Source: Lytechinus pictus (lineage: Eukaryota). Taken from it: a stretch of 64,000 nt of DNA. Of the stretch, positions 10,751-20,732 are shown in pieces. The position numbers were made by a program, and so were the translations under genes. The notes beneath the pieces are model-generated. The model searched no databases and was not told the DNA's origin. It saw only the letters and a program-made list of their open reading frames with translations. The stretch's first letter is position 1; each line of letters opens with the position of its first letter. Location of the stretch: the NCBI RefSeq assembly GCF_037042905.1, contig NC_087246.1, forward strand, positions 744,001 to 808,000, read 5' to 3'.

Positions 10751-11689
10751 CTATCCTATATCGTCTTGAGATGAGCTAAACACATCAGCATAGGAATTTA
10801 GAACTTGCTTGGTCTTGTCATACTGTTCCTTGGTAAGGTCTGATTTGGAAAGCATGTCATCTACTGGTAAGATTGGTTTTGCCTCTTGGGTAGCTGCAAT
10901 CACCTTATCGAAGATCTTGTATTCTTCTTCTGGATCACTGGTCAGTGAGTGGAAGTGACCAAGGGTGGTGTTCACTGTAAGATCAACCTTTTCTTGAGAT
11001 GTATTGACCAGTCTAACAAGGATGAGACCGTCTTGGGCTGTGTTCACTGATCTGGCACCAGCTACAGGATGATATTCTTGTAATGTTGGCTCAAAGATAC
11101 CATCATATCCTTGCGGGATAAGGTCTGGTTGTTGAGGTTCTAGTCTGCCTTGGACATGTATCTCACTCATTGCTGGTATAGAGACTTGTCCTACCAGTGT
11201 AACATTGCACTTGAAAGGGGCTTGGTAACGGTGCTTGTCGACTAGAGGTATCGTTACACCTGGCATGGTGAACGTAGTAGTGGAGAGTACTGCGTCGTTT
11301 CTCCAAAAGAAATCCCAACCTATGATGACAGGGTGGCTTATTCCTCTGGCGACCATGAACGTATGTCGTCGTGAAGTATTACCAAGATGTAGGATGATGT
11401 CAATGGTACCGATGATGTCTAGAAGCTGTTTGGTGACAGACGTTGCTGCAATAGTGGATTTCACTAGAGGGCTTCTCTGAGACTTTGGTATTGAGTCATA
11501 GAAATCACTGCTGACAAGGGAGGTGTATGATCCGCAGTCTAAATACGCCAAGACATATGTGTTGTCTAGGATTACGGGGATGAAGGGTGGTTGTTGCGGC
11601 AAACACTCAGATCCATTTTCTTTGTTTACTTGGGCCGTAGTTGTGGGAGTTGATGAGTGACCCGCATCACCAACTAGAGGTAGTTTCCC
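10751..11689 (-). CDS. Retropepsin protease region of pol (ORF track 10751-11602; frame open back to the gag slippery site)
   Basis: YLDCGS catalytic motif and IIGWDF flap-end motif; same frame as RT, separated by one TAG at 10751-10753. Confidence 0.88.
   Translation of the reverse strand, partial: GKLPLVGDAGHSSTPTTTAQVNKENGSECLPQQPPFIPVILDNTYVLAYLDCGSYTSLVSSDFYDSIPKSQRSPLVKSTIAATSVTKQLLDIIGTIDIILHLGNTSRRHTFMVARGISHPVIIGWDFFWRNDAVLSTTTFTMPGVTIPLVDKHRYQAPFKCNVTLVGQVSIPAMSEIHVQGRLEPQQPDLIPQGYDGIFEPTLQEYHPVAGARSVNTAQDGLILVRLVNTSQEKVDLTVNTTLGHFHSLTSDPEEEYKIFDKVIAATQEAKPILPVDDMLSKSDLTKEQYDKTKQVLNSYADVFSSSQDDIG
11649..11689 (-). promoter_or_regulatory. Predicted -1 ribosomal frameshift signal between gag and pol
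   Basis: G GGA AAC heptamer in the gag frame (11683-11689), 7-nt spacer, then stem AGTTGGTGA/TCATCAACT; the -1 frame runs into the protease ORF. Confidence 0.75.
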
Positions 11690-12786
11690 TGGTAAGTTCT
11701 ATCAGCTTGGTCGTTGAAGCGAACATTCCGTTGCCTTCTGGGCGGAGTAGGGGGACGTCTACTCGGCATATCTGGTCTGAAGGAGGATGACTGTGAGTGC
11801 GACGAGTATCTTGTCGGACTGGATGAGGGCGACGAGAAATTCCTTCTAGGTGAGTCTGATCGATGGAGGGAGGAATCATGATAAGAATGGGGATATGATC
11901 TATGTCGTGATCTCTCTTGCTGGTAAGTATGCTTATCGTGGTAGTACCCATATCTTGTCGGACTAGATGAGGGTGAACGATGTCCATGATATGGCCTTTC
12001 ATCACGACGGGAGTATCTAGTCGGACTTGAGTATGCTGACTGACGATGGTATGATCTATCATCACCATGTGAGTACCTATTTGGACTTGAGTATGGTGAC
12101 CGATGATAATTTCTGTCATGTGTTCTTTTCTCGAAGGAGGAAGGAGATCTTGAGCGACCTGACATCGTGAGTGTTTCAATATTTTCCTCTAGGGAGGCAA
12201 TACGCTGCATGAGTGCATCGTTTGAGTTCTCAGACTTGGATGTAGCAGCCACTTGAATCTGAGTACTATCAGGCTGACCCAAATGTGTTGCTTGTTCTAT
12301 GCGAACTGCAGTATTAACGGCTTGCTTGAAAGATTCGACACCGTGTTCGTATAGCTTTCTCCTCAGCTGTAAGCCTAAGCCTGCCATGAAGCGACGAAAC
12401 TTCTCTCCATCTTGAGCTTCCTCATCGTACTTGGGAAAAGCTTCACCAACTAATGTTGAAATAGCTGCTGCAAATACTTCAATAGGTTCTAGGGGCTGTC
12501 TAGTCCGTGCAGTAACACAAGAACGGAAGTTTGTTAGGTATGTTTTTCTGCCAAATATTTCTGAAAGAATTGTCTTTACTTTCTCAAAGTCTTTCTTATC
12601 AGAATCAGGAATATTTTCCCAGACAGTAAATGCTGAACCTGAAAGTCTGGAAGGAAGCAAGCTATGTTTCTGAGCATTACTACTGCCTACTGAGTCAACT
12701 GCAACTTCAAATCTTTTCACCCATTGGTGAAAATCTTGACCTTCTCCAGTGAAAGTCTCTGGTAATTCAAGGCGAAACATTGCCAT
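11674..12786 (-). CDS. gag: Gag (capsid-like N-terminus; Ser/Arg/His/Tyr-rich C-terminus, no CCHC knuckle)
   Basis: PETFTGEGQDFHQWVKRFE, LSGSAFTVW and RTRQPLEPIEVFA resemble Gypsy capsid motifs; lies between the PBS and pro. Confidence 0.9.
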   Translation of the reverse strand: MAMFRLELPETFTGEGQDFHQWVKRFEVAVDSVGSSNAQKHSLLPSRLSGSAFTVWENIPDSDKKDFEKVKTILSEIFGRKTYLTNFRSCVTARTRQPLEPIEVFAAAISTLVGEAFPKYDEEAQDGEKFRRFMAGLGLQLRRKLYEHGVESFKQAVNTAVRIEQATHLGQPDSTQIQVAATSKSENSNDALMQRIASLEENIETLTMSGRSRSPSSFEKRTHDRNYHRSPYSSPNRYSHGDDRSYHRQSAYSSPTRYSRRDERPYHGHRSPSSSPTRYGYYHDKHTYQQERSRHRSYPHSYHDSSLHRSDSPRRNFSSPSSSPTRYSSHSQSSSFRPDMPSRRPPTPPRRQRNVRFNDQADRTYQGNYL

Positions 12787-13259
12787 GATGAATTAAGACT
12801 ACCAGACAATGCTGTACAAGTTCATGTAAATGAAGAAGGGCGATCAACTTTCATTAACAGCATAAAAGTGTCTTAATGAAGGAGGGAGCTTACTAATCAT
12901 GCAAAGGATGAAAATACTATCTCATAAGTTGCATACTAATAAATAACTGGAGAATAAATGATAAAGGATGACATCAAATATATATGATATCTGACAAAAT
13001 GGTGGTAGACTTACTCAAATATGTAGACAAATTTACTCCGCTAAAATTCAAGATAAAGGGAGAAATCAAGACTTGAAGCAGGTTGCAAAATGCTTGAAGT
13101 ACTAAACCCACGATGAGTAGTATATTGAAGTCTATGCACATGAAGTAGGAGGCAAATAGCTTTACTGAAGGAGGAAGAGCTAACATGTCAGTTGAAGCAG
13201 GGTGAAATTAGCTTGGTAGGGCTATCACTGGCTGCAAACTCTGCCTGAAGTTAGGGAGA

Positions 13260-13273
13260 CACCGCTGCTACCA
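13260..13273 (-). promoter_or_regulatory. Primer binding site TGGTAGCAGCGGTG (tRNA-Leu type), 3 nt (AAC) after the LTR
   Basis: Complementary, with one mismatch, to the 3' end of metazoan tRNA-Leu(AAG/TAG) ...CACCGCTGCCACCA (sequence recalled, not searched). Confidence 0.85.
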
Positions 13274-13546
13274 GTTTGTAGTGTGGCCGAGTGTTCTAAC
13301 ATGTCTACCTCACAAATCAGTCAGAAACAAGCAAACTCATATTGTATTGAGCTAAACTCAAAAATAAAGATGTTGACCAAAATGAAGTCTCGTAGTGCTC
13401 TGCATTGCAGACCAATAAAGCAGAGCACTACGAGACTTCATTTTGGTCAACATCTTTATTTTTTAGTTTAGCTCAATATAATATGAGTTTGCTTGTTTCT
13501 GACTGATTTGTGAGGTAGACATGTTAGAACACTCGGCCACACTACA

Positions 13547-16500
13547 AAGTCCCAAAGTACTAACCAGACGCAATCAGAAAATTTCGTTCTAGCCGATCAG
13601 CAATCTGAGTTGCACGAACGCCAAGAACAAGACCCAGACATCAACCAAGTCATGGAGTATGTCAAGTTGGGATATCGACCATCTGTCAGAGAAATACGTC
13701 GCTTCAATCCCCGTACGAGACGACTACTCTGGGAATACCCTCGTCTGACAATTAAGGGAAACATACTCTATCGTATGAAATATGATAGACTTGGCACAAC
13801 AATACTTCAACCAGTCATACCTCAAAAGCTCATTCCTAAAGTACTTGAAGAACTCCATGGACATCCTTCATCAGGCCATTTCGGAATTCAGCGCACACTT
13901 CATCGAGCAGAAGCCACATGTTATTGGCCATTCATGAGACGAGATATTACCAACCATTGTTCTACTTGTATGGCATGCGAGTCGTTCAGGTCACCAAATC
14001 CAAAACACCAAGCCCCATTACGAAGTATAACGACTGATCACCCTTTTCAGATGATCTTCGCCGACATCGCTGAACTCCCTATTTCTCGCTGTGGATATCG
14101 CTACATACTAGTCATCATCGACCACTTCACAAAATATGTCAACATCTACCCTATGAGGAACCAAACTGCCGAGACGGTCGCCAAGCACATCTTCGAAGAC
14201 TACGTCACAGAGCATGGTGTGCCAGAAACTCTGCACACTGACCAAGGTCGACAGTTTGAGTCAAGGCTCGTACAACAACTTTGCGAGAAACTTGGAATTC
14301 GCAAATCCAGATCTTCGCCTTACCATCCTCAAGGTGCTGGAATGGTCGAACGAGCAAATCGTGTGATCAAAGAACAATTAGCACGATATGTCGCTGACAA
14401 ACGTGGAGATTGGGATTCTCACCTCCCTCAACTACAACTTGCATACAACTCAAGTGTCCACTCCACAACAGGACTTAGTCCCTACTTCCTTCTTCATGGA
14501 AGAGAATCTCGAGTTCCAGTGAACATAACATGTCCAGTTCCAGCACAGCAACATACTACCTCACCAGAACAATATGTTATGGATCTCCAACAACGTCTTA
14601 AGAAAGCATTTCATTATGCCAAGCAGAAATCTGAACTTGCCCAAAAGCAGCAGAAAGTATGTTACGACATGAAGACTCGTACCATCAAGTACTCTGTTGG
14701 AGACTTAGTTTGGCTTCATGACCCAGCAAATGCCAGACACAAGCTACAACCAAACTGGACCGGACCATTTTCCATTATGTCTTCCTCAGAAGATGGTTTG
14801 AACTATCGTATTGAAGACATCCATAATCAGAGAATACAGAAGGTAGTGCATCATAACAGACTGAAGCTCTTCAGATCGAAACTACCTCAACAACCTGAGT
14901 CTAGTAAAGAAGGTGGAACTCATCCAACCATCCCTCCTTCAAATTCAAAACCTCCTTCAAACTCACAACCTCCTTCAAGTTTTCAATCTCATCCTCAAAC
15001 TTCCTTCATCGAATGGTCAACTACCAAACCACAACTGACGACAGATACTGGCCAACCATCATGGTCAGGGCAGTCTGTCTCTACACCTGATGCCCAACGT
15101 CCTCCTTCATCTGACCAACCTTCATGGTCAGGACAGTCTCGCTCCACACTAGATGTAAAACGTCCTCCTTCATCTGACCAACCTTCATGGTCAGGGCAGT
15201 CTCGCTCTACACCTGATGCCCAACGTCCTCCTTCATCTGACCAACCTTCATGGTCAGAATTGTCATCGCCAGATGTTCACCCCCAGTCTACATCTGACCA
15301 ACCATCATGGTCAGAGCCCATCCAGCCGAGGCGAGAAGTTCGTAGAACTGACCGGAATCAGTCAGATGACCAACTACTACCAAACCCCTCTGATGAGCGC
15401 ACACCAGGTCTTCCTAACCAAACCCCAGGTCCATCCGATGTCAGACACCATAATGCCCCTCAAACTCAACCCCATGGACGTCCACCAGATGAGAAAATCA
15501 CAACTACGCGTTATGGACGAAGAGTAAAAATACCAAAAAGATTTTGCGACGTTGAAAAATGATAATGTGAATTTATTGATTTCAGCTTTTACATTTACAA
15601 TTTTAACCTTTCAAAGAAATAGCAACAATGAGAGTAAATTCAGCAAAATCATCCAAAATTTAATGATTCCCATGCTTCATTCTTCGAACTGGATCATTTA
15701 AAACTTTTTTGAAGAAATTTCAAGCATCAAAATATTCAAGAGACTGAACTTATTTGAAAACGTAATCTTCAACAGTCAACGTCGCGATGATATAGAAATT
15801 TGAAGACCAAGGAACTTTTTTTTCCAAGAAGAAAGAAGATAGTGAAATGTTGTAACAAGAATCAACAAATATATTCTATTTCTAGAACAACATTCAAAAG
15901 TAATATAATTTTAATAGAAAATATTCATCAATTAAGATCAACTACTAAATGAGCAAATATCTCAACCGAACTGTAAGAACATTTGAAGAAAATGAACATT
16001 TGAAACGTTGAATATTTTTTAAAACATTTTGATCGAGCAATCGTTTGAAACTTGTGCTATTTTTCATGTTATATAATGTGACATTTGAATTAATTGCATG
16101 TGTATCATGTATCTTCATAAATGCCTCAATATTTTCATACTATTACAATACCATTTTATGCTCTTTTTACATAACGGGCTAATTTTTCTCCCCTGCACAG
16201 TGCGAAAATTAGATATTTTGCTTGTATACATTGTACCAAGTCATCTGGTACATGTACAAATATATTGGACGATTTTGATATACAAGGTTTTAACAAAAAT
16301 TGTCTTTTTTTCACTTTTATGCTAGGTTATCAATTACAGATTGTACAAGTTGATGCAGTTCAATACTTTTAGAAGTTAGTGTTTTTAAAGAACCAAGTTA
16401 TTCAAATTGTAATTTTGCGAACAATAACAAAAACAGTTCAAAAGTTTAATAGAAACTGATATTTTCTTTCATTTTGAAATTTTCCAAATAAAAGATCATG

Positions 16501-17076
16501 TGATGTATAGTTTATTTAACAGAAAAGAAAAGTTCAGTATTATGTATGTTTTCTTTTCATATTTAAGCACATTCAAACATATTTCTGAAGTTTCTTTAAA
16601 AAAAAAAAAAAAAAAGAGATAAAGTCAATTTAGTGATCTGAGGATTTCATTTTAAATCCGCAAAAGAAAATATTTGTATAAAAAGAATACTTTGATATTA
16701 TTCAGTTCTCGTTATTGTACAGATTACTGTATATTGTGCTTTATAGAACACAGGCAAAAAAAAGAAAAAAGTTTTATTTCTTGCTGTGTTAGCAACATGT
16801 ATATTGAAAAGGGACTAAACAACTTTGCCATGTATATATAAATTTATGTTTAAAGATTTGCATTTATTGAAATGAAAGAAATACAGATGTAATTCATGTT
16901 CTTGTATTTCTATTGCAACTGACAGAAGAACAACATTTATTAATCTTATATTTTGTTCAAATAAACAAGTAAAACATTTTCATTTGTAAAATAAGAAAAA
17001 AATGATTAATGTTCTTTCTGGATAATTTCATTTTGGCAGATTTCAAATTATCAAAAAAAAAAATTGTTTTACTGAC
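13547..17076 (+). mobile_element. Inverted Gypsy fragment: whole integrase (ORF 13610-15562) plus 3'UTR
   Basis: The 650-aa ORF equals the Pol C-terminal part; preceded by an inverted U5 fragment (13399-13548). Confidence 0.95.
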
Positions 17077-17230
17077 TATACAACCAGACTCCTTCTGTTT
17101 AAGTTCTCTTCATTTTGCGTCTGCTTCATCCCCCTTCAGCATGATTGATTGAGTTTGTTGATTTAGAACTTCATTTATTTTCTACCTCCAAACATATAAT
17201 TTTCTCAACCTTACAAACAAACATGTAAGA

Positions 17231-19135
17231 TAAATTTATCATGTGACAACCATTTCTATGCCTCTGTCACACACCTGTTTCTCTCATTCCTTAGTTTCTT
17301 CATCACATCATTCCATTGCCATTCCAACTCCATACAGCTTCACATGTTTCTATTGTTATTTTCTCATTTACATTCAGAACATTCTTCTTCATTCATATCA
17401 TCTTACCTCATCTTCATTGGTTCACCTTTCACCCTTGGTTCCTCCACTTTTCTGGGTTCTCCCATTCTCTGTTTCTTTATTGGTTGAATTTATCATGTGA
17501 CATTATTTTTGAATATATTTGAATGTATTATTTGTGAAGGCAAGGCCTAGTGAAGTCTGCATTGCAGACCAATAAAGCAGAGCACTACGAGACTTCATTT
17601 TGGTCAACATCTTTATTTTTGAGTTTAGCTCAATATAATATGAGTTTGCTTGTTTCTGACTGATTTGTGAGGTAGACATGTTAGAACACTCGGCCACAAC
17701 CAATAGAGAAACAGAGAATGGGAGAACCCAGAAAAGTGGAGGAACCAAGGGTGAAAGGTGAACCAATGAGGATGAGGTAAGATGATATGAATGAAGAAGA
17801 ATGTTCTGAATGTTTGTAGTGTGGCCGAGTGTTCTAACATGTCTACCTCACAAATCAGTCAGAAACAAGCTAACTAATATTATATTGAACTAAACTCAAA
17901 AATAAAGATGTTGACCAAAATGAAGTCTAGTAGTGCTCTGATTTATTGGTCTGCAATGCAGACCTCACTAGGCATTGCCTTCACAAATAATACATTCAAA
18001 TATATTCAAAAATAATGTCACATGATAAATTCAACCAATAGAGAAACAGAGAATGGGAGAACCCAGAAAAGTGGAGGAACCAAGGGTGAAAGGTGAACCA
18101 ATGAGGATGAGGTAAGATGATATGAATGAAGAAGAATGTTCTGAATGTTTGTAGTGTGGCCGAGTGTTCTAACATGTCTACCTCACAAATCAGTCAGAAA
18201 CAAGCTAACTAATATTATATTGAACTAAACTCAAAAATAAAGATGTTGACCAAAATGAAGTCTAGTAGTGCTCTGATTTATTGGTCTGCAATGCAGACCT
18301 CACTAGGCATTGCCTTCACAAATAATACATTCAAATATATTCAAAAATAATGTCACATGATAAATTCAACCAATAGAGAAACAGAGAATGGGAGAACCCA
18401 GAAAAGTGGAGGAACCAAGGGTGAAAGGTGAACCAATGAGGATGAGGTAAGATGATATGAATGAAGAAGAATGTTCTGAATGTAAATGAGAAAATAACAA
18501 TAGAAACATGTGAAGCTGTATGGAGTTGGAATGGCAATGGAATGATGAAGAAACTAAGGAATGAGAGAAACAGGTGTGTGACAGAGGCATAGAAATGGTA
18601 GTGAAGAGAAGTATGGAAAGCAAAGTGTGAAATAAACAATTATATTAAATAAGGCAAAATTCCCACCGCTGCCACCAGTTTGTAGTGTGGCCGAGTGTTC
18701 TAACATGTCTACCTCACAAATCAGTCAGAAACAAGCAAACTCATATTATATTGAGCTAAACTCAAAAATAAAGATGTTGACCAAAATGAAGTCTCGTGTA
18801 CAACCAGACTCCTTCGGTTTAAGTTCTCTTCATTTTGCGTCTGCTTCATTCCCCTTCAGTTTGATGATTTAGAACTTCATTTATTTTCAACTCCAAACAT
18901 ATAATTTTCTTCAACCCTACAACTCTTATGTAAGAGTTGAATTTTGCCTTATTTAATATAATTGTTTATTTCACACTTTGCTTTCCATACTTCTCTTCAC
19001 AACCATTTCTATGCCTCTGTCACACACCTGTTTCTCTCATTCCTTAGTTTCTTCATCACATCATTCCATTGCCATTCCAACTCCATACAGCTTCACATGT
19101 TTCTATTGTTATTTTCTCATTTACATTCAGAACAT
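17231..19135. mobile_element. Cluster of rearranged LTR fragments in both orientations, including two 335-bp tandem units
   Basis: + fragment to 17698; - fragments starting at 17815, 18150 and 18681; + U3 fragment from 18929. Confidence 0.88.
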
Positions 19136-19815
19136 ATTTCTGAAGTTTCTTTTAAAAAAAAAAAAAAAAAAGAGAGAAAGTCAATTTAGTGATCTGAGGA
19201 TTTCATTTTAAATCCGCAAAAGTAAATATTTGTATAAAAAGAATACTTTGATATTATTCAGTTCTCGTTATTGTACAGATTACTGTATATTGTGCTTTAT
19301 AGAACACAGGCAAAAAAAAAAAAAAATTATTTCTTGCTGTGTTAGCAACATGTATATTGAAAAGGGACTAAACAACTTTGCCATGTATATATAAATTTAT
19401 GTTTAAAGATTTGCATTTATTGAAATGAAAGAAATACAGATGTAATTCATGTTCTTGTATTTCTATTGCAACTGACAGAAGAACAACATTCATTGATCTT
19501 ATATTTTGTTCAAATAAACAAGTAAAACGTTTTCATTTGTAAAATAAGAAAAAAATTATTAATGTTCTTTCTGGATAATTTCATTTTGGCAAATTTCAAA
19601 TTATCAACTAAAAAAAAAAAAAATTGTTTTACTGACAGATGCAAAAGTTGCAGATATTGCTTAAAAATATATATATTTATGGATTTCCTTCATCAAAGAA
19701 AGTACTCATCCTCAATTTTTTAATCCAAAAGTTTTCGGAAAACTACTTTGGACAAATATGTATCAATGTGAAACTTATAAAAATGAGGACATTTTTTAGC
19801 GAAGAAGGAAGTTTA

Positions 19816-20343
19816 TGTAAGAGTTGAATTTTGCCTTATTTAATATAATTGTTTATTTCACACTTTGCTTTCCATACTTCTCTTCACAACCATTTCTATG
19901 CCTCTGTCACACACCTGTTTCTCTCATTCCTTAGTTTCTTCATCACATCATTCCATTGCCATTCCAACTCCATACAGCTTCACATGTTTCTATTGTTATT
20001 TTCTCATTTACATTCAGAACATTCTTCTTCATTCATATCATCTTACCTCATCTTCATTGGTTCACCTTTCACCCTTGGTTCCTCCACTTTTCTGGGTTCT
20101 CCCATTCTCTGTTTCTTTATTGGTTGAATTTATCATGTGACATTATTTTTGAATATATTTGAATGTATTATTTGTGAAGGCAAGGCCTAGTGAAGTCTGC
20201 ATTGCAGACCAATAAAGCAGAGCACTACGAGACTTCATTTTGGTCAACATCTTTATTTTTGAGTTTAGCTCAATATAATATGAGTTTGCTTGTTTCTGAC
20301 TGATTTGTGAGGTAGACATGTTAGAACACTCGGCCACACTACA
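19816..20343 (+). mobile_element. Complete 528-bp LTR preceded by 3'UTR and PPT (19798-19811), followed by AAC and a tRNA-complementary tag
   Basis: TGTAAGAG...CACTACA; AATAAA at ~20211. Confidence 0.93.
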
Positions 20344-20377
20344 AACTGGTGGCAGCGGTGGGAAATAAGTATTGAAG

Positions 20378-20732
20378 AAACTGTGATCACGGAGTCCTCT
20401 AGGCTAGGCTTAACTTACACCAAGTTGACTTACACGTTCAATAAAGTTTAGAAGCTGTAAAAATTTCAAAAGGAAAATCACAGACTAATTAAAGACTTCA
20501 GAGAGAAATCAATCTATATGACCTCATGGTTTTAAGATTGACAGTTTTAGACTCTGATAGTGGTGATGAGTTTGATGTGTCTGAATTTTCAGATTTTTGT
20601 GGTAAAATAACAGGGGCCCACGTTTCTCAACACCTGGATAAGTTAGTCATATCTTTATCCACCAACCACGGAGTTAGTTCCAATCTTACTAAACCTGTTT
20701 CACGAAATGCTTCCTAACTAGAATACCTTGAT
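20378..20732 (+). repeat. Right copy of the 355-bp host duplication
   Basis: Identical by eye to 1096-1450. Confidence 0.95.

Larger units (their letters stand above)
5259..13403 (-). mobile_element. Near-full-length Gypsy/Ty3 retrotransposon; the 5' LTR is reduced to its last 127 bp
   Basis: Order is U5-PBS-gag-pro-RT-RH-IN-3'UTR-PPT-LTR; RT-RH-IN order is that of Gypsy/Ty3. Confidence 0.95.
1450..20377. mobile_element. Composite insertion of Gypsy/Ty3 LTR-retrotransposon fragments in both orientations
   Basis: About 20 segments, almost all matching the LTR, pol or 3'UTR of the element at 5259-13403, bounded by the 355-bp duplication. Confidence 0.92.

Noticed and set aside
18661..18705. 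tRNA gene or permuted tRNA
   Set aside because: Only the 3' 17 nt with CCA and a 5'-like 23 nt are present, with no anticodon arm or T loop; a primer copy plus the LTR end explains it.
1450..20377. Pure misassembly as the explanation for the block
   Set aside because: Judged less likely, though not excluded: the tRNA-derived tags, AAC ends, templated micro-inserts and clean 355-bp flanks are not expected from repeat collapse. Read support is still needed.
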